Assembly: GCA_965209155.1 (NCBI GenBank)
Contig: OZ242383.1
Location: forward strand, 32,001 to 96,000
From: a bacterium
GTDB lineage: Bacteria > SAR324 > NAC60-12
Direction: 5' to 3'
DNA: 64,000 bases
Shown: piece after piece, positions 10,084 to 19,227 of the stretch
How the letters are laid out: every line of letters begins with the position of its first letter
Numbering within the stretch: the stretch's first letter is position 1
Notes under the pieces: generated by a model
What the model was told of the DNA's origin: nothing
The model's input: only the letters and a program-made list of their open reading frames with translations
The model's database searches: none
Translations under genes and position numbers: made by a program

Positions 10084-11121
10084 TCAGAGGAGCGGAAGCG
10101 TGATGGCCTGTTCATCACGCAGGCTGAGGTTGACGGCTTCGGTGAACTCCATATATTTGACGCCGTCTTCGAATGATGTGTGCGTGATCCCTTCGTTTCC
10201 CCGGATGGCGCTGATGAATTCTTCCTCGACGCGCCATCCTCCTTCTTCCCCGGGGGGGATGGGAATCTCGGAAAGCGATGGGTCGGATCGTCGTCCTCCA
10301 AGCAGTTGGTCGTCCACGAATTTCAGGGTCCCTTGACTACCGAAAAGGAGGATTTCGAATGCCGGTTGCAACCCGGTGACGTTGGAGATTCCAAAACGCG
10401 CCTGGGCGCCGCAAACCATATCCGCGAGCACATCGAGGTGTTCCGGAACCTGCACTGCGCGTTGCAGGCCGGTTTGCGGGTCTTTACGCATTTTGACGAA
10501 AGTCTTTCCCATTGCCATGACTTTACGGGCATTCCCCACCCAACGCATGACGGCTTCATAAAATATTCCCATCGTCATGATGTTGAGACCGCTGAGATCG
10601 ACGTCCTGACGCCAATGCAGGGGGGCATCGGGCTCGATAAAATTGCCATAGTGTCTGACTTCGAGGGCCAGTAAATTTCCCAAAAACCCTTCCGCGATCA
10701 TTCGCTTGATCGTATTGTCCACTTTCAGGGTGTGAGGGGCAGGGACGAGCTGGGTGATCAAATCCGGTCTCTCGCGTGAAGCCTCGAGCATCGCATGGGC
10801 CTGGAAAGCATTCATGGCCATGCGAGCTTCGCACAAGACGTGTTTGCCGGCCTGCAAGGCGGCGAGGGTCATTTCGCAATGGGTGTAGGGCCAGGTTCCG
10901 ATGACGATGGCATTGGTGTCGCTCGCCTCGATCAACTGGGACCAGTGTTCGTAGATGGTCGGGATATTGAATTGGTCGGCCACTCGTTTCGAGGATTGAT
11001 GACTGCGATTGCAGACGCTGGTTACTTCCACGCCTGCGATGGCCTGCAAACCGGGGATGTGAAATTTGGTGGTGTTGGCTCCCGCGCCGACCACGCCGAT
11101 ACGGATTGTTTCGTTGCTCAT
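10084..11121 (-). CDS. Gfo/Idh/MocA-family oxidoreductase
   Basis: RIGVVGAG Rossmann start, AGKHVLCEAR. Confidence 0.9.
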   Translation of the reverse strand: MSNETIRIGVVGAGANTTKFHIPGLQAIAGVEVTSVCNRSHQSSKRVADQFNIPTIYEHWSQLIEASDTNAIVIGTWPYTHCEMTLAALQAGKHVLCEARMAMNAFQAHAMLEASRERPDLITQLVPAPHTLKVDNTIKRMIAEGFLGNLLALEVRHYGNFIEPDAPLHWRQDVDLSGLNIMTMGIFYEAVMRWVGNARKVMAMGKTFVKMRKDPQTGLQRAVQVPEHLDVLADMVCGAQARFGISNVTGLQPAFEILLFGSQGTLKFVDDQLLGGRRSDPSLSEIPIPPGEEGGWRVEEEFISAIRGNEGITHTSFEDGVKYMEFTEAVNLSLRDEQAITLPLL

Positions 11122-11201
11122 AGTGATTTTTCAACGTTAAGGGATAAAGATTTGCGTATTTAAAAAATGAAGACCATCTTAAAAAATTCCTCCGAGCGGG
11201 T

Positions 11202-12149
11202 TCAAGTTTTTTTCCCCGCATTCAATCCTGCGGATTGGAGGAGGGTTTCCAATTGGCTGAGGTCGGCAGGCAACAAGACGTTGGTGTCGCCTTTGGCAAG
11301 TTGACCGAACTGGGTCAAATATTTCTTGCTCAGTTGGAGGCGGATGGATTCGTCGCCATGCTCCCGGGCGATGGCCTCGCCCACTTCCGTGATCGACCGG
11401 GCAGTGGCATCGGCGATGGCCCGGATGGCTTGCGCTCTTCCTTCCGCTTCATTGATTTGCCGCTGCTTTTCTCCTTCCGACTGGTTGATCAGCTCCATTT
11501 TCTCTCCCTCCGAACGGTTGATCCGGCTGATCATCTGTCCTTCCGATTCGGCAATAACCGCCCTCCGTTTACGCTCGGCAGAGGCTTGCTTTTCCATCGA
11601 ATCTTTGACGGTATCGGGAGGAACGATGCTCTTGATTTCGTAACGATTGACGTGGATGCCCCAGAGATTGCTGGCTTCATTCAAGACGTCGACCACTCGC
11701 GCGCTGATAAAATCTCGTTCTTCGAAAGTCCGATCGAGCTCAAGCGTGCCGATGATGGAACGGATGGTGGTTTGCGCGAGTTGAATGGCGGCTTCATGGT
11801 AATCCATCACGCCATAACTCGCTTTGCGAGGCGCTTCCACTTTGAGGTACATGATCCCATCGACTTCCACTTTGACATTGTCTTTCGTGAAGCACTCCTG
11901 TGGCAGGACTTCGATGGATTGCTCCTTTTCATTTTGTCTGTAGGCCACCTTCTCCACGAAGGGGATCAAGGCGTGCAGTCCGGGATCGAGGGTACGATGG
12001 TATTTGCCGAGACGCTCCACGATGTAAGAGGATTTTGTCGGTACGAATTGGATGGCCCTGATAAACTGGGTGACGAATATCAGGAATAACACACCCCAGA
12101 ATATGAAGTTGAACGCGCCCATAAAATCGATTCCTGCTGACCAGTCCAT
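11202..12149 (-). CDS. SPFH/stomatin-like (paraslipin) protein
   Basis: IVERLGKY, TKDNV.V.VDG, QLAQTTIRS.IG. Confidence 0.92.
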   Translation of the reverse strand: MDWSAGIDFMGAFNFIFWGVLFLIFVTQFIRAIQFVPTKSSYIVERLGKYHRTLDPGLHALIPFVEKVAYRQNEKEQSIEVLPQECFTKDNVKVEVDGIMYLKVEAPRKASYGVMDYHEAAIQLAQTTIRSIIGTLELDRTFEERDFISARVVDVLNEASNLWGIHVNRYEIKSIVPPDTVKDSMEKQASAERKRRAVIAESEGQMISRINRSEGEKMELINQSEGEKQRQINEAEGRAQAIRAIADATARSITEVGEAIAREHGDESIRLQLSKKYLTQFGQLAKGDTNVLLPADLSQLETLLQSAGLNAGKKT

Positions 12150-12215
12150 GATATTTCCTCCTGCTGAACGTTATTTCCGAATGATCTTCATTTTTACTGC
12201 AAACTTCAGTCGATT

Positions 12216-13139
12216 TTATTCCTTTTTTTCTCCGGAAGGAATGCTATCCGCCACTTGAGTGATGCCTTCAAAAAAACCTTTGATGTTGGCCAGTTGCGCC
12301 GGTACCACCGACACGTTGGCATTTTGTACGATTTCGCCGAACTCATCGATAAAATGTTCCTTGATTTGCATGGCCACGGCTTCGTTCCCGCCCGGTTTCG
12401 CAATGGCCCCGGCAATGACGGCGATTCCGCGGGCAGTGGCTTCCGCGAGCAACTGAATTTCCTGCGCCTTCCCTTCCGCTTCATTGATACGCCGGGTCCG
12501 TTCACCTTCCGAGAGATTGATCTTTTCCTGACGATCCGCATTGGAGGCGTTGATGGTGGCTTGCTTCTGGGCTTCGGCGAGGGTGATTTCCGCCCGTTTT
12601 TCCCGTTCGGCTTCCATTTGCTGTTCGAGGGTCGCAATCATGGTGTTGGAAGGCGTGATGTCCTTGATTTCATAACGCAAGACCTTGATGCCCCAGGGAT
12701 CGGAAGCGTGGTCGATTTGCTTGACCACGTTTTCATTCAAGCTGTCCCTCTCGGAAAAAGTCTGGTCCAGGCTCAATTTGCCGATCTCCGAACGCATCGT
12801 AGTTTGCGCGAGGTTGGTACTCGCCCGCACGTAATCTTCGATGCCATAGCAGGCCCGGTAAGGATCCATCACTTTCAAATAAACCACCCCATCGACGCTC
12901 ATCTGGATGTTGTCTTGTGAAATGCAATTTTGCTTTTCCACGTCGTGGAATTGCTCCCGCATGTCCACTCGATAGGCGATTTTGTCAATCATAGGAATCA
13001 GCAGGTGAAAACCGGGATGCAAGACTTTCTGGAATTTTCCGAAACGCTCCTTGATCATGGTCAGGTGATTGGGAACAATCACCATGGACAATTTCAAGAT
13101 GATCAGGATCGCAATCATTAAGAGAGTGAGGAATGTCAT
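12216..13139 (-). CDS. SPFH/stomatin-like (paraslipin) protein, second paralog
   Basis: ERFGKF, SQDNIQMSVDG, NLAQTTMRSEIG, WGIKVLRYEIKDI. Confidence 0.92.
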   Translation of the reverse strand: MTFLTLLMIAILIILKLSMVIVPNHLTMIKERFGKFQKVLHPGFHLLIPMIDKIAYRVDMREQFHDVEKQNCISQDNIQMSVDGVVYLKVMDPYRACYGIEDYVRASTNLAQTTMRSEIGKLSLDQTFSERDSLNENVVKQIDHASDPWGIKVLRYEIKDITPSNTMIATLEQQMEAEREKRAEITLAEAQKQATINASNADRQEKINLSEGERTRRINEAEGKAQEIQLLAEATARGIAVIAGAIAKPGGNEAVAMQIKEHFIDEFGEIVQNANVSVVPAQLANIKGFFEGITQVADSIPSGEKKE

Positions 13140-13148
13140 CGCTTCCTT

Positions 13149-13622
13149 TCATAAATCAGAGGATTGAGTATTATCCGCAGGGCATGCCTCGACGTACCAG
13201 AGCAGTTCTTCCCGTTCGATCAGTTTCACTTTTTCGCCGGGAGGAATGGTGTCCGTGCCGGTGGTCGCAGCCCAGGTCGTCCCACGCAAGCGGATACGTC
13301 CGTTTTCGTGCTCCGGACTGATTTCTTCCACCACTTCGGCAATTTCACCAAAAGCGTCCAGGTCCTCGTCCACGTATTCGATATGACTTTCGCTGGGAAA
13401 GAATTTGGTCAACGACCCTCGAAAGAGGAGAACCATACTCATGGAAAGTACGAACCAGTACGTGAATGATTCCACCAGGCCGTCGATCCACCCGCTCCAT
13501 CTTCCCAAGGCGATGATGAGGGCGCTGGCTCCTAAAAATGCGACAACGGCACCTGGAATGAGGAATTCCGAGAGGATCAGAATTATTCCGGCAATGAGCC
13601 AGATCCAAGTGATCGAATCCAT
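13149..13622 (-). CDS. NfeD-family protein
   Basis: W.WLIAG..LILSE..PG TM segment and GRIRLRGTTWAA OB domain; upstream of the SPFH genes. Confidence 0.88.
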   Translation of the reverse strand: MDSITWIWLIAGIILILSEFLIPGAVVAFLGASALIIALGRWSGWIDGLVESFTYWFVLSMSMVLLFRGSLTKFFPSESHIEYVDEDLDAFGEIAEVVEEISPEHENGRIRLRGTTWAATTGTDTIPPGEKVKLIEREELLWYVEACPADNTQSSDL

Positions 13623-13810
13623 GTGCGAACCTCCCGAATGAACTGCGTTGGAGCAGGGACCAGGCCATTCATGGGGCTTGGACGAATCAAATAATAACAC
13701 ATTATAATGTTTTTTGTTATTCTTCAAGCCTGTTTTTGTATCATACCCTCGGTTATTATCTCAGGGTCAAAGCGCATACATGTTATTCTCCATCCATCTA
13801 TTCTCCGCAT

Positions 13811-14307
13811 TGTCATTCCTGGCCCAGACCAGGAATCCAGTCTGCCTCTGTGCCTTTGTGCCTTTGTGCCTTCCCCTTGTGTCCTTCCGGGCTTGACCAG
13901 GAATCCATTCTGCCTTTGAGTCCTTCCCCCCTTTGTGCCTTTGTGCCTTCCCCTTGTGTCATTCCTGGCTTGACCAGGAATCCAGGGTCGTTTTCGATAG
14001 CTTGGCTCACCGCTCTCCGCTTTCTCGGGGACAAGTTTAGCGAGTATGACAGATACACAGTGTCCTTCCTGGCTTGACCAGGAATCCATTCTGCCTTTGT
14101 CCCTTCCCCCCTTTGTGCCTTTGTGCCTTTGTGCCTTTGTGCCTTCCCCTTGTGCCTTCCCCTTGTGTCCTTCCTGGCTTGACCAGGAATCCAGTCTGCC
14201 TTTGTCCCTTCCCCCCTTTGTGCCTTTGTGCCTTTGTGCCTTTGTGCCTTCCCCTTGTGCCTTTGTGCCTTCCCTTTGTGTCCTTCCTGGCTTGACCAGG
14301 AATCCAT
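13811..14307. repeat. Composite repeat: REP-like hairpins alternating with variable runs of an 8-mer (TGTGCCTT)
   Basis: Six (t)cctggcttgaccaggaatcca-type units separated by (ctttgtgc)n tracts. Confidence 0.9.
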
Positions 14308-14457
14308 CCGAAATGGAAGGAGAACATCAGCGGAATTTTTAAAGCCCTGCCTGATTTTGTTCTGGTGAAAAATCGACCCGGATGCTATAAATCCCTTTCT
14401 CAGTGGAAAGCAGGAGGTGGAGTCAGGAATTGCGAATCAAAAAAGAAGGAGCCAACC

Positions 14458-15519
14458 ATGAAAAGTTATCAAGTTATGGAACTCAGCCAACCTTTGCAGT
14501 TGGTGGAAAGCGAAACCCCGGAACCTGTTGGCACGGAGGTACTTTTGAGGACCATTGCCTGCGGTGTCTGTCATTCGGACGTGCATTTGTGGCATGGCGG
14601 GTTTGATCTCGGCGGCGGTAATTTTTTGTCCTTACAAGCCCGTGGGATGAAACTTCCCATGGTGCTCGGACATGAACCCATCGGCGAGGTGATCGCCCTG
14701 GGCCCGGACGCGGAGGGAGTGAACATCGGGGAAACCCGGCTCATTTTCCCTTGGATTGGCTGCGGCCACTGCGAGCGATGCAGGGAGGAGCATGACAATG
14801 ACTGCAACAACATGCGCACGATCGGCATTTTCCGACCCGGAGGGTATGCCGATCATGTGCTCTGCCCGGATCCGAAGTATCTCCTCGACACCAGTGGAAT
14901 CGATCCCATTTATGGTTGTACCCTGGCCTGCGCGGGGATCACCGCCTTCAGCGCGTTGCGCAAGACCTTGCCCCTCGCCGGGGACGACCAGGTCGTAATC
15001 ATTGGAGCCGGCGGCCTGGGACTGACCGGCATCGGCATTGCCCCGGGCTATCTCGAACGGGAAGTGATCGTGGTCGACGTCGAGGAGCGGAAACTCGCCA
15101 CCGCTCGCAGCACGGCAGGAAACCATCCCATAGAAACCATCAATTCGAGCGATGGCAAGGCCGTGCAGGCAATCCGGGACCTGACCCATGGCGGCGCAGG
15201 CGCAGTCGTCGATTTTGTGGGGTCGCCGCAAACCGCCAAACTGGGTTTTGACGCCATCCGAAAGGGAGGAAAATATGTCGCAGTGGGTCTCTATGGGGGC
15301 GAAATTTCCGTCTCCATTCCCTTGTTACCGTTGAGACACGTGAGCCTGCGAGGCTCCTACGTGGGAAACCTGGCTGAAATGCAGGAGCTCGTTGCGCTCA
15401 CCCAGGCAGGAAAAGTCCAGGCGCTTCCCGTCCAAACCAGGTCCATGACGGATATCACCCACACCCTGCAAGAACTGGAGGCTGGTGGGGTCACGGGCCG
15501 GGTGGCGGTGGTGCCGTGA
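14458..15519 (+). CDS. Zinc-binding alcohol dehydrogenase
   Basis: CGVCHSD, GHE, CGHCERC..C, GAGGLG; RBS AAGGAG before ATG 14458. Confidence 0.93.
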   Translation: MKSYQVMELSQPLQLVESETPEPVGTEVLLRTIACGVCHSDVHLWHGGFDLGGGNFLSLQARGMKLPMVLGHEPIGEVIALGPDAEGVNIGETRLIFPWIGCGHCERCREEHDNDCNNMRTIGIFRPGGYADHVLCPDPKYLLDTSGIDPIYGCTLACAGITAFSALRKTLPLAGDDQVVIIGAGGLGLTGIGIAPGYLEREVIVVDVEERKLATARSTAGNHPIETINSSDGKAVQAIRDLTHGGAGAVVDFVGSPQTAKLGFDAIRKGGKYVAVGLYGGEISVSIPLLPLRHVSLRGSYVGNLAEMQELVALTQAGKVQALPVQTRSMTDITHTLQELEAGGVTGRVAVVP

Positions 15520-15687
15520 TTTCACCCCCTGGCAGGTTGAGATCCCAAGTCTTGAACAAATCAGGATATGCCGGGCTGGACTTTAGACATATTTTTGAGA
15601 ATTATGGCATATATCAGACTTGCATGGCCTCCATTTTCCTCAGCTGATTTTAATTGAATTGCGCACATAGAAAGGGGAGTCGCGTTT

Positions 15688-17418
15688 ATGGATAAGAAAC
15701 AATTGCTCATTCTGGGTTGCTCACAAGCCAAAAGAGAAGACAGTGGTTTGCTTCCTGCGATCGACCGTTACAACGGCCCGATGTACCAATCCCTGAGAAA
15801 GTTTTTGCGAGACAACCAGTGGCCACAAGATGTCTCTATTGCGGTTCTTTCTGCAAAATATGGTTTGTTTGGAATCCTGAAAGGTATCGAACATTATAAC
15901 ATGAAGATGAACGCATCCACGGTTGATGAAAAAATTTCAGAGTGTCGTAGAACACTTAAAAAATGGGAACCTCATCATTACATTGCTCACCTGTCGCTAG
16001 GGAAGGACTATCTCCCCGCTATTCAGCCCGCGCTGAAAAATTTGATGTTCGAAACAAAGATTTTCAAAGGTCCTATTGGCATTAAGAGAAATCAAATCAA
16101 TTCTTTCCTTGATAGCAACTCGCCTGGCTCTCGTGTGAAAGCCGAGGTTGAGGGTGGCACCGGTGAGTATCGTTATTTCCTTCCGGATTGGGACGACCTC
16201 TTGGATAAAAATTTCGACTTTGAGCAAGACTCCTTCTCGGGAAAAAAACCTGCAGAGAGAGAGGACATACACTGTGGCGCTTTGATGCGTCCTGAAAAAA
16301 TGTACGACGGGATTCTAGTCAGCCTTGCCCAGCAAGGAACATCAAAGGGGCAATTACGGAGTTGGAAAGGAAGCGAACTCGGGGCGCTATCACCTCCTCC
16401 ACTACGAAAACATTTCGGACTTTCAACTGGTCAATACCTTTTTGGCGATTGTGGCGCTTTCAGTTACGTGAATGAGGACTATCCAACGATTTCCGTAGAG
16501 CAAGCAGTCTCGCTTTACGAATTACATGGATTTGATTTTGGGGCGTCGGTTGACCACATTCCAGTCAGAAAAATCAAAAAAAATAGCAGATTAACTATTC
16601 TTTCCGATGAGGAACGTCAGGAGAGGGTGAAAATTACGAGAAATAACGCAAAGCAATTTATAGAAGCTAGTAAAAAACGCAAGGCCGGTTTCAATCCGGT
16701 CGGTACTATCCAGGCACTCAACCCGGAGCAGTATGGTCAATCTGTTCAAGAATATTATGACCTGGGATATCGCCACCTTGCTATTGGTGGTCTCGTTCCA
16801 TTAAAGGATGGTGAGATTGAGGACATTGTACAGGCTGTGATTGCTTCTGCCAATGAACTCAAGGAGCGTCCCTGGATTCACCTCTTCGGAATCTTCCGTC
16901 CCAAACTTCAAGATTTATTCCGAGAACTCAAGATCGATAGCTTCGACAGCGCAAGCTACTTCCGAAAAGCGTGGCTTCGCTCCAATCAGAATTATATCGG
17001 TGCCAATGGCAATTGGTATGCGGCATTGCGGGTACCAATGACCAGGGATGGACGTACGCGCCAACAGTTGATAGACGCAAATCTGGACATTGCTCAATTG
17101 GAGAAAGAAGAACGTGAAGTTTTAAACCTGTTATGTAAATACGACAGGGATGAAGTCGGAATCAGCGAAGTTCTGGATGCCGTCCTCAGCTATGACCACC
17201 ACCTTATAAGGTCGACTGAGACACAGTCCATGCGAAAAAAGTATAAAGAAACACTAGAGGAACGCCCTTGGAGAGCGTGCGAATGCACTTTTTGCAAGGA
17301 TATCGGGATACATATTCTAATCTTTCGTGGTGCGAACCGCAACAAGAGACGGGGAGCGCACAACACGCTCATGTTATATCGAGGAGTTCTAAAAGGAAGG
17401 TATGTCCAGGGCATCTGA
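15688..17418 (+). CDS. dpdA: DpdA-like guanine transglycosylase (TGT fold) with an extra N-terminal domain (DUF6884-like)
   Basis: YFLPDWDD..D.NFDF, YDGILVS, FGDCGAFSY, SVDH, AIGGLVP, IHLFG, SFDSAS, PW..CECTFC..IG...IFRGANRNKRRGAHN. N-terminal LLILGCS..K....PAIDRYNGP..LSAKYG. Confidence 0.82.
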   Translation: MDKKQLLILGCSQAKREDSGLLPAIDRYNGPMYQSLRKFLRDNQWPQDVSIAVLSAKYGLFGILKGIEHYNMKMNASTVDEKISECRRTLKKWEPHHYIAHLSLGKDYLPAIQPALKNLMFETKIFKGPIGIKRNQINSFLDSNSPGSRVKAEVEGGTGEYRYFLPDWDDLLDKNFDFEQDSFSGKKPAEREDIHCGALMRPEKMYDGILVSLAQQGTSKGQLRSWKGSELGALSPPPLRKHFGLSTGQYLFGDCGAFSYVNEDYPTISVEQAVSLYELHGFDFGASVDHIPVRKIKKNSRLTILSDEERQERVKITRNNAKQFIEASKKRKAGFNPVGTIQALNPEQYGQSVQEYYDLGYRHLAIGGLVPLKDGEIEDIVQAVIASANELKERPWIHLFGIFRPKLQDLFRELKIDSFDSASYFRKAWLRSNQNYIGANGNWYAALRVPMTRDGRTRQQLIDANLDIAQLEKEEREVLNLLCKYDRDEVGISEVLDAVLSYDHHLIRSTETQSMRKKYKETLEERPWRACECTFCKDIGIHILIFRGANRNKRRGAHNTLMLYRGVLKGRYVQGI

Positions 17419-19227
17419 CATTAGTTCGGCCTATCGTTATGCTTTAAACGTTGGACGAGATCAATATTACGAGCTTGTCACAGAGCGTCTTGCGGCCGCC
17501 GAAGAATTTTATCAACAATTCCTGTCAACTCAGGTCGTTCATTTTCGCAAGTGGTTTTCGTCGTTGCGAGGCCGCGACCGACTACAGGAATATATTGAAC
17601 GTTATTTGGGAACACGTCGACTCCAATTCATTGCGATAGACGGAACATGCAGGAGAGAACAATTTTCCGATATGCTGACTTTTTTTGGAGGAGCATATGG
17701 AGCGCGCGGAGAACTCGAACTGGAGGCTGGTGATCATAGAGTTCAATACAAGCGTTGGAGTCTGGAACAGGATGTATCCATGGTTGCTTGGGTCCCCGTA
17801 CCGTTTGCAAGACTTGAAGAGATCCAACCACAGGGAGAGCAATTTCTTGCGACAAATGAAGAAGAAGCCAACATAGCAAGTGTACACACTCAGATAATGC
17901 AACTGGCTGAAATATTTTTAGCAATCAATACCATTACGTCATCGGCACTGGATGCTCCTCATCTTGTTTTGATGGATATGTCTCTCTCTTCAATTCTGGC
18001 AAATGTTGCCCAAGCTCAAGATAAGGTTGGTTTGATTGGTTATCCTTATGACCGAAGAGTACTGACAACGGCCGATATAGCAGTCGCTTATGCGCAACCC
18101 GTGCATGATGTATTTGGCATTCCTTCAAGTAAAAATATGGATCGACATAGAACTATTATTGCTTCACTCTTAAGAGAACCCAGTTCTCGAGTTGATCTCA
18201 ATGCGATTGCTCAAGTCTATGGTGTAAAAATTACAAGTCTCGAAAGTGCGCTTCACTGGCTCGCTGAGCGCGGAGTGTTAGATGAAAACGGAGTTCCTTT
18301 GATAAATGTTCGTGAATCTTGGGATTATACAAAGGCCCTCTTCAAGAATATTTGTAAGCGATTATTCCTTCAGAAGGATCCAACCGCCCTTCAATATGAG
18401 ACATCTGATAATTATTCTGGAGTCTTGCGGAAGCATTGGATGTCTTCCAACGATTTGAATTTTCTCGTAGCTGTTGGGATACGCGAACTGATTGAGGTAA
18501 GCTGGGAACGCAAAGTTTTGCTGTATGGAATCATCAAAGATTCCGCATCTCGTTATTTTGGACGCAACTATTTCGGGGTTACTCTGGAAACAGGGTTTCA
18601 CCCTCAGCTTCGTGACCTGATGGTCAATACACTGCCTTGGACGGATCGAATGCTTTGCGAGGCATTGCCACTTTTTGACGATAAAATAGAAGCTCCATGG
18701 GCAACAATCGAGTTTGATTCAGCATTCATGACTCTTCATCGCGAGCAAGATGATGCAGGTACGACTCAAGTTGGTGGAGTATTGGGGCGGATTGTGAACC
18801 AGGAGCGTCTTTTTATGAAATCGCTGGGACAGTTTTTTTAAGCCGAGAAAAGAGAAATCCATTAATGGGCCACGTTGTTTTTATAGAAAGGCTCTTACAA
18901 CCGTTCTTCGATTCTCTTGGGGTAGAGGCCTCGCCTGTAAAAATTTCAATCGAGACAAGGGCAATAGGTCGTGTCGAGCCATTTGCTTGGAGAGATGCCG
19001 AACATCTAAACCGAGGACAAACAGTGATGATGTACTTGTTATCCGTCCTCACCAAAAATCATTTTGCCGAGGCGATTGGATATCCAGATCCGCTGCACAA
19101 AGCCGATTGGGGAGCTAAAAGTATGGGACGATGGGTTGGAAAAACAATCGAATCATCAACAAAGGTGCTGAGTAGCAATCCGCTCAGCGATACTCTCAGA
19201 ACGACGAGAGATTCTGCTAAGAGGTAG
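17402..19227 (+). CDS. nurA: NurA-family nuclease, split by a 1-nt frameshift in a T7 tract (18833-18839)
   Basis: FIAIDGT, VLMDMSL, YGIIKDS and GYPDPLHKAD motifs. Adding one T joins ORF 17402-18841 to 18865-19227 (QFFLSREKRNPLMGHVVF). Confidence 0.78.

Noticed and set aside
13707..14342. ORFs with HKGTKAQR / LCLCAFVP repeats
   Set aside because: Translations of the non-coding octamer/REP repeat in several frames
15688..17418. Housekeeping tRNA-guanine transglycosylase (tgt)
   Set aside because: Lacks the canonical TPxFMPVGT and DSGGFQ motifs; has DpdA-type motifs and an island context
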